A stretch of DNA of 64,000 nt. Source: Mizuhopecten yessoensis. Its lineage: Eukaryota. The translations under genes were made by a program, and so were the position numbers. The notes below the pieces were generated by a model. The model was given only the letters and a program-made list of their open reading frames with translations, ran no database searches and had not been told where the DNA came from. Shown piece after piece: positions 12,901 to 25,300 of the stretch. The stretch's first letter is position 1. Each line of letters starts with the position of its first letter. The stretch is from contig NW_018408866.1 in NCBI RefSeq assembly GCF_002113885.1, positions 799,700 through 863,699 on the forward strand, read 5' to 3'.

Positions 12901-15900
12901 CATTATCTCAACAATACCGTAGACACGGTAGCTCTGTGTGTAAATGCTGGCTGTAATTTGGAGTTGTCCACCAACGAAGCAATCCCGGTCTACTTCTCAA
13001 TGAGTATGTAGATTTCATTTCCCCATTTTGGTTATCTAAATGCTTCTTATATTTGATATCCGATATGAACACAATAGGGTTGTCAACGAGTAATTGGTTC
13101 ACCAACAATTGCACCATAAAGGAACTCATTTACGAAAGACCGGTATATGCTCGTATTGTATACCCCAACCAGGTGCTTGATAATCACCTCTTCCAAACTA
13201 AAGTTTAGCCTAACTGTCAGTTTTGAGCCTGGCATATTCATTTTGTGTGTACCAATCTGACAACCTCCATGTTCTCTACTTAGTGTGACGTTTTATGGGA
13301 AAATTGCCACTACACAAGATACATGGATAGAAATGTAAATACAATAAATAAGTTGGGACAGCTGCCTTTAATATACATGACTTTAATAGCAGAATTGACT
13401 GTATTTTTCGAGAACTTTTACAATGTATCTAGCTTTTGTCGAGATAATGTCACACCCTTTTTGCACTGGTGTATTTCTTGATCATTTTTCATTGGAAGGA
13501 ATATACTTTCATAAATATTGTTTTCAAATCTAATTCAAGAACATAATATATTGAATTTATCTTGGGCTTGTTTTCTTCCTTTCAAGTTAAGATAAAACAT
13601 GAATGCATTAACGTAAGAAGCTGATAATATCGATTACTCCATTATGTATGTGAATAAATACGTAGTTTTGGTCCCTTGCACAAAGTCGGAATCTTACAGT
13701 AATGCTTTATTGATACCATATAAATGAATAAGTATGCTGTAGGAACAGCAGAAATATGTTTTTTTCTATTCTCGTAGTTGATGCGATACGATCTGGAAAA
13801 TTGACCGAGAAAGTTGTTCGGGCAAGAGTGAAACCACTGTTTTACACCAGGATGCGACTCGGCGAATTCGACCCACCAGACCTGAACCCGTACAACTTTT
13901 TGGGATTATCCAACATTCAGAGCGCGAATCACAGGATGAAATCACTAGAAGCTGCAATGAAGTCATTTGTTTTGTTGAAGAACGTCAACAATTTGCTGCC
14001 GTTTCATAAATCATTTCAGAAAATTGCGGTAAATATGACGATTCCATTGGTCACTTTCTCTTCAATCCTTGTTTGTTAAATTCAGTACCCGTGTAAACCA
14101 CACAAATTAACACCCTACTGCACCATCACACTACCTCTCCGTCCACCATCAGTGGCACCGAGGGCCAACAGACTGAAAAGTAACTCTATGGAAAGGAAAG
14201 CAATATACTACAGAAAGGAAATATATAAAATATATAACCACTTTATTTCGATGTTGCAAACAGAAGCATATCAAATAGTAGTATCTAACAGAGAACAAAG
14301 AAACCTCTTACCATACAGTGTACCACGCATTGGCCGCCTATTGCAATCATAAAATGAGATACATTGGTCAAATTCTTCCTGGAAAACCTGCAGGAATAGA
14401 TGCGTCCTTCCAACTTCAGTATAAACCAGTGCACCTAATTAGCAGAAACCTGTTGCTAGTTTTTATTTCCATATAGTGTATTTTTTGTTCTAGTATTGTT
14501 TTAATGAATAAATAACGACATTACTAAAAAAAATAGTACACTGTATAAACTTTTTTGCTATGATGTTTCCTGTTAATATAAGTAACGAATCAATTTTACC
14601 CAGGTAAAATAATTCTTCTAACCTCATATCTTCATTAAAAAAAGTATGCGACATATTTCCTTAATAATATTCAATCTCTTTGTTCAACCAGATTGACTGC
14701 AGTACATGTGTTGGATTCCCATATTTATTCCACAGAAGAAAAGTAATTGTATTCATCATCAGAACGAAAACTGTATATGACAAACGGCCAGTTTAATTCT
14801 TGTTCGTTGGTTACAGGTCGTCGGACCAATGGCAAACAATCTTGACCAGCTGTTTGGTGATTATAGTGCTGACGCCAGTCGTCAATATACAACCACACCT
14901 CTAGACGGACTAAAACATCTAGCACAAATAACGAACTATGGTCAAGGGTGTCCGGACAACAGGTGTGTCCATTACAATGCTACACAGGTCAAGACCGCTG
15001 TGGCAAATACTGAAGTAGTCTTTGTCTGTCTTGGAACAGGTGAGGATTACCTTCTCTCATTCTCTTGGTGTGAAGAAGCATATGCTAAGCGCAAAGCTGG
15101 AATCAGTCAATTACTGTCTGCTTTTGTTTGCTGATGAATTATTAACACAAAGATAATTCGTTGATAGACATTATGATAGGGTTCTCTGAAACTACAATTT
15201 ATTTGATTAACAGATACCCCGAAATACACTGATATGCATATATTATGTAGATATTTTACCAACTAATTAATAGAATTTATGATTTTACAAGAATAGGTGT
15301 GTATCAGATGTTGAACTTGTTTAGCGTGAGTATCGTACAGATCATCGCTGTTCTCCGAGTTGAAAGTTTTATCAATAAGTAACGGCATTTTCACTTATGC
15401 TTACATGTTGATGCATAGATATTGGACAGAATATCGATATTTTTTCTTTGCAGCCGATTATTTTCTTATATGATGTCATCTCTTTTTGCTTAACTGAGGG
15501 TGATGTAACTGTACTGTGTTGCTAAAGTGACCGAACTAACTGAATCAATACTGTTGTCTGAAATCATGCACGAAGAATTTTCAACAAAATTTTAAAGGTT
15601 GAAACATTCTCTTTTTATGAAATTCTGTATAATAAAACTCCAAATGGTAAACAGCCGTCTTTTGTAACGTATTACCTATTACGTCACAAAGACTCTATTT
15701 TATCGACAGCATTGTCATTTTATCTTCCAGAACCACTGATGGACAGTTCAGGATATTTTGTTGTATAATAAATTTGCTAGGTGTGTCATTTTCTAAAGTT
15801 TTGAGTTAAGGTAATATGTCAGCTTTTATTTTTCTTTAAGAAAAATAACACCCATACAACGATTATATTTATTACTGTTTTCTAGTCTAGTCCTAAGTTG

Positions 15901-18900
15901 TTACCAGCACCGACTATCGTTTTTGAAATATAATGTTTTATATGGTAGGCCAAGAACTTGAAAAAGAAGGCAATGACAGGATCAGCATGGATTTACCAGG
16001 GCATCAGCTTCAGCTTATGAAAGACGCCGTGAGATTCGCGGGTAAAGTGTATATTAACCTATACCACAGTGTCTAAACCTATTTGAAATAAGAGCAGGCT
16101 CACCTGTGACAATGAGGTCTGCGTAACTAACCGTGTGTGGAGTGATTAATAGAAGCTAATACATAATACATAATAATAAATAAAGTCTATTTCGAGCCTT
16201 TTTCCCGTCATAATGTCAGTAAATAATGACAAATTATTTTTCCCGTCATAATGTCAGTAAATAATGACAAATTATGTCAAGTATCGAATATTTGATACTA
16301 GTAGATAATGTCAACGTTTATAATATATGACAAACAGAACCGATATATTTGACATCGTAGCAAAAACTGTACGAGACATTGATATTGATAGGTAATGCAC
16401 CTGTCATATTGCTCCTCTTCAATGCTGGTCCCCTGAACATCTCCTGGGCTGAGCAGAGTGGTTGTGTTGGTGCCATACTGGAATGTTTTTTCCCCGCTCA
16501 GGCAGCAGGAGAGGCCATCTTCAGTGTTCTCACCAGCAACGGCGAAAACAGCAACCCAGCAGGCAGACTACCATTTACATGGCCAATGTATGATAATCAG
16601 GTAAAAATGTACAATAAACCTTTCCTTGGCAGCAACGAGTGAAAGCAAGATAAACATGGTTTATATCAACAAATCCAATTAAACGATTTTCCGTAAAATA
16701 ATCATACAAAATTATAAATTTAGAACACCAATCGTTAACAATTAAGATAAATAAAGTGAAAATAAAATATAAAAAAAGACAAAAAGCAACTCGCGTTATT
16801 GCGTTTCTTGTGTTACAGGTACCTTTTATAAGTAACTACTCTATGGAAGGACGAACCTATCGTTATTTTAAGGGAGATCCGCTTTACCCGTTTGGATTCG
16901 GACTGTCTTATTCTAAATTCCATTACTACGATGCTTGGTTGTCACCTTATATATCCGCGGGCAAGCCAGCACGCGTTAAAGTGGAGGTCGGAAATAGCGG
17001 GCCCTATGATGGAGATGAGGTAAATGATCTACCAAGATAAGTTTGGTTTAGTGTGTTTGTGCTAACGTGTTTTAATAGCCCCGGCATGGAAATGAGGTAA
17101 TACATTTATTAGAGTAAGACATATTGTGTTCAATGCTGGATCACGACTTACAGGGACGTATTATGATGCTAAAAGCATTCAACCTGGTCGAGACTATTTT
17201 GGCGTATAATGGCGTTGATCTGGTCGGAGATATTTGGGGTGGTTGTTATGGAGATTAGTTACATAGTTAGGTTCGATCATAAATATTTTGTCATGTAGTG
17301 ATTTCCGTTAAATATACCATCATCATAATAAACAATATATCAAGACTAGATATTGCATTATTTGAACATCTTAGACCAAGACCGTTATGTAGTTTTGTAT
17401 GTAAATGTTACCAAAAAACTTTGAACTCATTTAAGGTGACTAAATGCTTGTATTGTTTTCTCTTGGCCGAAGGTTATTCAAATATATCTTGAATGGATAA
17501 CAACAAAGATGCCGATGCCGAGGTTACAGTTGGTAGCCTTTAGAAGAGTCTTTATCAAAGTGAATGATACAGTTACGTACACTCTGGAGATACAACCCAG
17601 TGACATGGCTGTGTGGACAGGAAGTGCGTTTGTCATAGAGCAAGGTACGTATTAATCTGTACATTCTTGTCTCGCCGACACAAAGTAGCGGAAGCGAGAC
17701 TAAGATGTTGCTTTTCCGGTCACGGCGGCGGCGTCAACATAACGTTTTCTCGTTTAAGGTATTTTTATTGAAAGTATTAGTGCTACACCAAACAAACTTG
17801 AAGCATACGTACATCTCAACCCACGCATCAAATGATGGATACGACCTACGTGTCATGGTCCATTGACTTTGCCGACATCTCCATCAACATTTAGTTTTCA
17901 TTTCATTTCAACAGATTTTATTGACATGGTGTTATGGTCAAATGGATCGAATAACAGGCAAGCCTATATAAATTCTTTCCATAGGTGGCTAGAGTATTAC
18001 AATAATATTATAGAACTATAGCTAAATATATACATAAATGTAAACGATAAAGTAATTAAAGGGAGGTAACTCACTTTTGATCACACACCGACACAGATAC
18101 ACACACACAAACAAAACATAAATATAGTTATTAACTATCATAATTACACGTGTACACATGAGTTACTATTTATCATTCGATACAGTTAGGTAGATAGACC
18201 AAAGGTCCATGTGCAAGTACTGCACAGGTCATCACAACCCGAACTGTGTATTAATTTATTTATATGTAACTATTTAATCTACAAATTTAACCCGACATGT
18301 ACATTTATCAAAAGTATAAGTAAAACATTGTGTAGAGGAGCACAAAATAATTAAATGAAAATATATATTTATTACATAATCAAATAAATTCACAACCATG
18401 TTCAACTGTTTTCATAGAAAATTACAGTTTTACTGCAACTATAAGTGCTACACCGACTAAGTTTGACATGTGCATTGATGGTCAAAGCGGGGCACAGGTG
18501 AGACATATCAATCCGAATAGCTTGTTGTTTGTTCAATCTTCTAGGACCTCGATATAGTTTGGTCATTTTGTTGTATGCTTGGCCTTTTAGTTCAAGCAAG
18601 TAGCTTACTTGCAACGCACGAGGACGTCGATACATTTTGGTAATTTTAGCTAGCAGCTAACATACATTGTGACATATATGGCAATATTAATCAACATTGT
18701 TTGATTTAAAATATTCAACTTTACTTACAATTCTAAGTTTTTGTATCATAGAGAGAAATGTCATGGTTTACATCTATAACTATTCGTCAGTGTAGTTCTT
18801 CAGAAATCTAACATGTTATAACATTTGGTAACTTATTTTCATTTTCTAGGTACGATGAGGATCTACATAGGCGGGCAGCAACCTAATCAGAAGATGAGCG

Positions 18901-18944
18901 TACCTTCCAATATCCTTGTTAGAGAATTCCATATCGCTAATTAG
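6913..18944 (+). CDS. Secreted glycoside hydrolase family 3 beta-D-xylosidase-like protein, copy 1 (12 exons, 750 aa)
   Basis: join(6913..7271,7640..7799,10937..11107,12298..12389,12777..13003,13778..14028,14817..15039,15949..16041,16392..16600,16819..17019,17473..17644,18850..18944) = 2253 nt. All introns GT-AG, phases compatible, no internal stop. Hydrophobic N-terminus. GH3 motifs: WNTECLRG, ATSFPQALGLAATF, RHPLWGRNQETYGEDP, GCKHF, MCSYN, GYVVSD (nucleophile Asp), EKEGNDR (acid/base region), PAGRLPFTW, GRTYRY..PLYPFGFGLSY, C-terminal FnIII-like domain. Confidence 0.93.
8211..8368. repeat. Long imperfect inverted repeat (about 70-bp arms), probably transposon-derived
   Basis: ACCCAAC..GTGATGGTAGGTTATCATGTTTA.CTAAC...GTAAGTT.AATTTTCAAATTGTA pairs with TACAATTTGAAAATTAACTTAC...GTTAG.TAAACATGATAACCTACCATCAC...GTTGGGT around a CACGAGGTTTACCGAATG centre. 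Confidence 0.85.
10345..10675 (+). mobile_element. tRNA-derived SINE with V/Meta-type central domain, B box interrupted by an insertion
   Basis: A-box GGTGGCGCAGATGTTAG; B-box GGTTCG|ATTCC split by 10408-10491; central TTTTCTCCTGGTACTCCGGTTTCCTTCC motif typical of V/Meta SINE cores; AT-rich tail. Lies in intron 2 of GH3 copy 1. Confidence 0.7.
17667..17995 (+). mobile_element. Probable non-autonomous Helentron-type (HINE) element in the last intron of GH3 copy 1
   Basis: Starts TTGTCTCGCC with a nearby inverted copy GCGAGAC, then a (GGC)n microsatellite seed (CGGCGGCGGCGTC), and a degenerate 3' inverted copy CAGGCAAGCC near 17955. This is the subTIR/IR/microsatellite layout of HINEs. Confidence 0.5.
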
Positions 18945-19119
18945 AAACATTTATATTAATGTGTAATCTAAACCACAATATGTACCAATGTATAAATGTG
19001 CAGCGAAATATCGGTAACCCGACCATTAACCGTTCACTCAGCATTGATTTCGGAACATAAAATGTTTGTGAGATATATATCTCAAATTTATTTTTTATTT
19101 TTCTTGTTTACCCTTATAA

Positions 19120-19146
19120 AATAAACTTGAATGTATTACTAATAAA
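19120..19146 (+). promoter_or_regulatory. Candidate polyadenylation signals of GH3 copy 1
   Basis: AATAAA at 19120-19125 and 19141-19146, about 180-200 nt after the stop, followed by T-rich sequence. Confidence 0.5.
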
Positions 19147-20898
19147 AAACCATTAGTTTATTGAAAATTGTTCGTACTTGTTTCTTATTGATATTTTTCA
19201 TTCTTTTTATGTATATCTAGCTGACCAGAACCACATCGAAAGTATCAACCAATGTTACCGACTCACAAAGTACGAAACACATCATTAATATGAAACTAAC
19301 CAGTGCTCCTTTTATTGTTAAAATTGATATAATTAAGGGTTTTGTGCATCTTATCTTCATCTTCAATAATAGTTAAGACCAAGTGGAATGGCCACCTTTG
19401 TGACCCCTAGCATCCCCGATGAGCCATTGAAAGACTAAACAGCTATATAGTGTAGTGTAATTCATTTTGGCATACTGTATGTAGTACCAGATTTGTGAGG
19501 TTCAAGCACATGTGTGGGTCTTGCGTTCACCTTTCAATGTAATTATGTGGCTTTCTCCATCACATGCAAAGTAGAAATACTGTATATATGTGTATGTATG
19601 AACAAATTTTGCTTTAAACTGATTTAAAAACAAAGTACTTATTGCAACAATAGCAACACCATCAACACATTACATACCAAACCCATTATAACAAACATTT
19701 ATTTGAGGACCTATTCTTTTAACAAGGGGAGGGGGCAGCGATTAACAATTACACTTTACTTGACGTAATTCTGTTCAGATGGTATATTTTTTTCTACACT
19801 GCAGCTTTCTTTCTAAACTGACTTTCTTTCCTACCATGCAGTATTTCTTTTCTGATGACCGTGTTACCATTTTCACCGTGTAATAACACTTAATGACTAA
19901 CAATGTCGATGGGCCGCTAGACCATACCAAATGAAACCATAGCTGACTCAAATATTTGAGTACGTAGATTATTTATTTGGTGAGATAAAAATTATAGTTG
20001 AATTTAGTATCAGTAACAATAAAGCGATAATAGAACAATTTTGCAGAAAAGAAATGACAATGAAAAATCTACAAATTGTTTTAGAGTATAATCTAGTTCA
20101 GCAAATAATGTCTGCATTCTTACTGTATACATAATGCATTTAGAGTGGTTCCAGGGATAATATGCTTTCATTACCAGTTAAAAACTATTCACGTATTGTG
20201 AAAAGAAGATATCAAGACAAGGCCATATATTACTTTCGTCGTAACAGTCATTAAACCATCGAACAAGAATATTATTAAGCAAAATATTGATTTAAATTAT
20301 TTTTTTTTCAAATATGACGAATATTGTTTTTCACTTATTATATGGAAAATAGGTTGTGTGAGAAACTTCAAAATATTTTTTATAACAATGAGCATCAGAC
20401 AAAGTCATATGCAGTCACATGATTATTGTGTTATACAAGCAATAGAGATCGCCAGTGGACACATCGCAAATTTAAATTTCATTAAAAAACATCTCAAACA
20501 TTTAAACACTGTTTAATGCAGTAATTATTCAAGGTTAATGATAAATTGATGCAAAATCATACACATATTGTTCACAAAACAATACAGCGCACTGAAAGCC
20601 TTTGTTGCATTAGCATTCCCCTCACGCAAGGAAATGCAATATTTTGTGGATAATGCGAGATAACACTTCATAACTTATAAAAATGGATTAGTTTTTTGAT
20701 TGTTGTGTTTACAGGACATCCATCAAATACACGTTTATATGTCCTTTACAGAATAAACAAAGCGCCCGGGGCCGTCATATGATTCTTACCTAAGTTACGC
20801 TTGGGCAGTTATGTGTTAGCCTATAGCTAATGTATAACGCATTATCCAAGCGGCGCATATAGGGAATTAACACCAAGTCTATCTCTAACCTACCTATA

Positions 20899-22309
20899 AT
20901 GTCTCCTGTTGGTGTACACGATAGATACGTATCGCTAAGGACAGTTGTCCTGTGTTTGATCGGAGCTACTTTGGCCCTATCTATCGATTACCCATTCCGG
21001 AACATCTCGTTGCCATGGGATGTACGAGTTGACGATTTGGTTGGACGTTTGACCCTTGAGGAGATTATGACACAGATGAGTAAGGGAGGTTCAGGACCTA
21101 AGGGAGGACCTGCTCCACCTATAGATCGACTTGGTGTAGGGACATATAGTTGGAACACGGAATGCCTACGCGGTGACGGGAGCTCGGGGAACGCAACATC
21201 CTTCCCACAAGCCCTCGGGCTAGCCGCCACATTCAGGTAATACTTCCTCCATGTGTATACACTGTCACAACTAACGGGTTTATCCTTAACAGCTAAAGGT
21301 TTGATCAGTTATAACCCATCGTCTTGAATTATGAAATAACATCACGCACTTTAGCGTTGCAACCATTTTCGTCATCCAATTATGCTTTATGGTGTCACAC
21401 TTTTAAGCAAATCTTTTTAAATTTTGACTGGCAATGTAAATCATGCATTACATAGTAAAAGTATACTGTTTGGAATACTTGTAATGGGATAAAACATTGT
21501 GACATAGATTTATGATGTTTTATTTAAATGTCATCTACTCGTTTAGATCTAAAATTAAACTCATTTTATTTGGCTGAAAGCAAACGAATACATTGTTAAA
21601 TATGAACCATATATATGGTATGAGGTGAAGTGTGAATCTTAGATAACAAATATTATGTCGTCATGATATGATTGTCTCGATGCTCCTAAGAAGCATGCAC
21701 ATATTACGGTAAGAGTTGGACAGTTGACTACACAGAGGATGATTAATTCCTATATAAGTATAAACACACTGCGCAGGCGTGATAAAAGCAAACATTTGGA
21801 AATAACATAATGTACTTGAAAATGGAAAACGGAAATATAAATTGATGAAACTGACTGACTGATATAGATTACAGACTGTTTATCAATAATATGTTATGAT
21901 ATATACTAATATATTATATAACATTACCATTATGACAATCATTTTAAAGCACTGACGTCATATATGACGTAGCGGAAGCGACTGGTGTGGAGGTTCGCGC
22001 CAAGTACAACGACTATCGGAAACATCAACAGTACGGGGACCACAAAGGGGCGAGCTGTTTTAGTCCTGTCATCAACATCATGCGGCACCCCTTGTGGGGA
22101 CGGAACCAGGTTCTCATAATTATATTATGCAAAGTCAAGACTAGATACTATATTCATCCCATAACAGTTGATTACAGGGACATGTAATTAGCATCACGTG
22201 TAATGTTGACACCAACTTCTGATTATTCGTTGGCGTTGAATCATGCTATATTGGTCAAGTGCAACCTAAGGTCAATGTTACAGCAGTACGCCATATACTG
22301 GACTAAACT

Positions 22310-22341
<32 letters not shown>

Positions 22342-25300
22342 AATGATGATAATGATGATGATGCAAATAATTGAATATAACTACATTGATTAAATGAGCA
22401 AGTACTAAAATAAACAATTCTCAGTTATAATTTGATTTAAAAGATAACCTACAACAATTGCTATCGTACCGTTTCAGGAGACATATGGTGAGGACCCCTA
22501 CCTTAGCGGAGTGCTTGCAACACATTTTGTGAACGGTCTGCAGGGCCGCAATCCCACGTACATAAGAGTCAATTCAGGATGTAAACATCTCGATGTCTAC
22601 GGCGGGCCAGAAAACATACCTGTATCGCGATTCTCATTTGATGCACAGGTAAATATTATGGTGCAACATCAACATGGACAGCATGTAAAATAGGAGTTGA
22701 TTCACGATCAATGCACATTTATATAGTTTATCTTAAATTCTATCAATAATTCGGTAGCTCAAAACTTACAGAACGACATATAGAGTATGAATACATGTTT
22801 GATTATTATAAACAAATATATCACAATTGCAAAAATAAAACTGAAATGAATACGCACAATTATGATTCTTGGAAAACTTGCAAACACTCATACAATGCAT
22901 TAACTTGTAAACTGATTGCCACTCCAGGTAAGCGAACGTGATTGGCGTCTAACCTTCCTTCCAGCATTCAGACGCTGTGTAGAGGCGGGGACCTACAGTT
23001 TTATGTGCAGTTTTAACAGGTCAGAATATAGAACATTGTTTCAGGAACCAATTTGAAGTAGTAAAACAATGGAATAAGACACCAATTTGAAGTAATAAAA
23101 CAATGGAATGAGTTTAGATTACAGAGTATTTAAAGATCAATTTTATACAAGATTTCCCCCATATGTGTTTGACATCATCACTTTTTCATCGTCTTTTTAT
23201 ACAAGAATCAATGGCGTCCCAGCCTGTGGCAATAAGCGCCTCCTGACGGACATACTGCGGAAGGAGTGGGGGTTCAAAGGTTACGTAGTGAGTGACCAGG
23301 CGGCCATAGAGAACATCATAGACTTCCACCATTACCTCAACAATACCGTAGACACGGTAGCTCTGTGTGTAAATGCTGGCTGTAATCTAGAATTGTCCAC
23401 TAACTTAGCAAAGCCCATCTACTTTTCGATGAGTAAGCATTACCTTTATAAAGGCAGTAATTACTGCTGTCAAAGGGATAAATCTTGCGTTTACGGTTAA
23501 TGGTATGCAAATGTTTATTTGTTATGCAGTTTCACTAACCATAAAGCATCAAACGTAATTTTGTAATGTAAAATTTGTTGTCTTTTTTCTTTGATTTGAC
23601 GTTTGACCAGCATACCTTACAACAACTCCGATGTTTTAAATGTGGAGAGGACATTATCTAAATCTATCGTAAGCTGGAATGCCTGTCTTGGCGTCAGAAA
23701 ACTCAGTGTTTACAATACGTATTTATTAACTTGGCAATTTATTGTTTCAGTTGAAGCGATCAAAGCTAAGAAACTGACCGAGGCCATTGTCCGTGAAAGC
23801 GTAAAGCCGCTGTTTTATACTAGGATGAGACTGGGGGAGTTTGACCCACCCACATATAACCCGTACTATTATTTGGATCTGTCATATATCCAAAGTCCGG
23901 AACATCGAATGATTTCACTAAAGGCTGCCATGAAATCGTTTGTTTTATTGAAAAATACCAACAACTTGCTACCATTCACTCGAATATTCAGCACTGTAGC
24001 GGTAAGAATTATCAGAAATAGGCAAAGTGATTTTAATGGAACTTTGTTGTTCAAGTAAAGAGTACAAGAACATGTAAATGTTGACTTTTAGGGTGTTGAA
24101 TTTTTAGTAGGAGGTTAATAGATGCACACGTTTTATGATTCAGTTGAGTCTATATCTGTGGCAAATAATTTAGGGTCAAACCGTAGTTTGACTAGCCTAT
24201 TTTGACAAGAGAGTATTTCAGATATCATATAGCTTAGACGATAATTGATGACTACGTTCATGTGACTTGGAATATATAAAAAGGTAAAGTTAATAAAGCG
24301 ACCCAGCGTTTGGCAATAATCACCATAAGGTTAGCATTGTATCAATATACCTAAAAAGTTCAATAAAGAGTTCGTTCAATTTGATAGAGTATATATAATG
24401 CTTTTTTCTTTTGCAGGTAGTTGGACCGATGGCGGACAACATGTACCAACTGTTCGGCACCTACAGTGCTGACGCTAGTCGTCAATACACTACCACACCT
24501 CTCTACGGACTAAAACGTCTGGCAAAGTCAACGAACTACGGTCAAGGGTGTCGGGACAACAAGTGCGTCAACTACAACGCCACACAGGTCAAAACCGCTG
24601 TGACGAATGCCGAGGCGGTCTTCGTCTGTCTTGGAACAGGTGAGGTACCGATTATTTAAAAAACAAGCTTAAACATCGTGGAATTTATGTTTCCCCCAGA
24701 TGGAAGGAAAGTCAGATGCACCGATTCACTAGAAACAATCCTCTCTTCCGTTTTTCACCTAATATGAATCAGTAATCGTCAATTAGTTTGTTAAATGCGA
24801 TAACATAAGAATTTTCAAACACCTAGAGCCAACCTTGAAACTCGTACAGAGATTAAATATAAATGATAGTTCAATATAATTAAAAAATACTTATTTCAAT
24901 TTCACAATTCAGTCCGTTAGTATCATACATACCCCATAATTGTTTAAATTGTATATTTTCATCTAATTAGTAGCATACTTTTGATAACGAGTTTACCATG
25001 TGTATCTTGTTTATGTAAAGGGCAAGAACTCGAAGGCGAAGATAACGACAGAAGCAGTATGGACCTACCAGGAAAACAATTGAAGCTTCTGCAAGATGCT
25101 GTTAATTACTCAGGTATTGTTTCACATCAAACGTATATATCTAAATATTCAGTTTCTTAATTACCAATTTTAGAATTGTTCATTTTTGATATAAAATAAT
25201 ATCACGCATTGACTTGTGTAAAACGGAAACGAATACGTCATTTTCAGAATTAAAAAATCAGATGTATACGTGCTGTAATCTGACCTTTGTATATACTCAG

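Noticed and set aside
16198-16275. Two-copy local duplications (also 23047-23108 and 43175-43450)
   Set aside because: Ordinary slippage-type duplications in non-coding DNA with no further structure.
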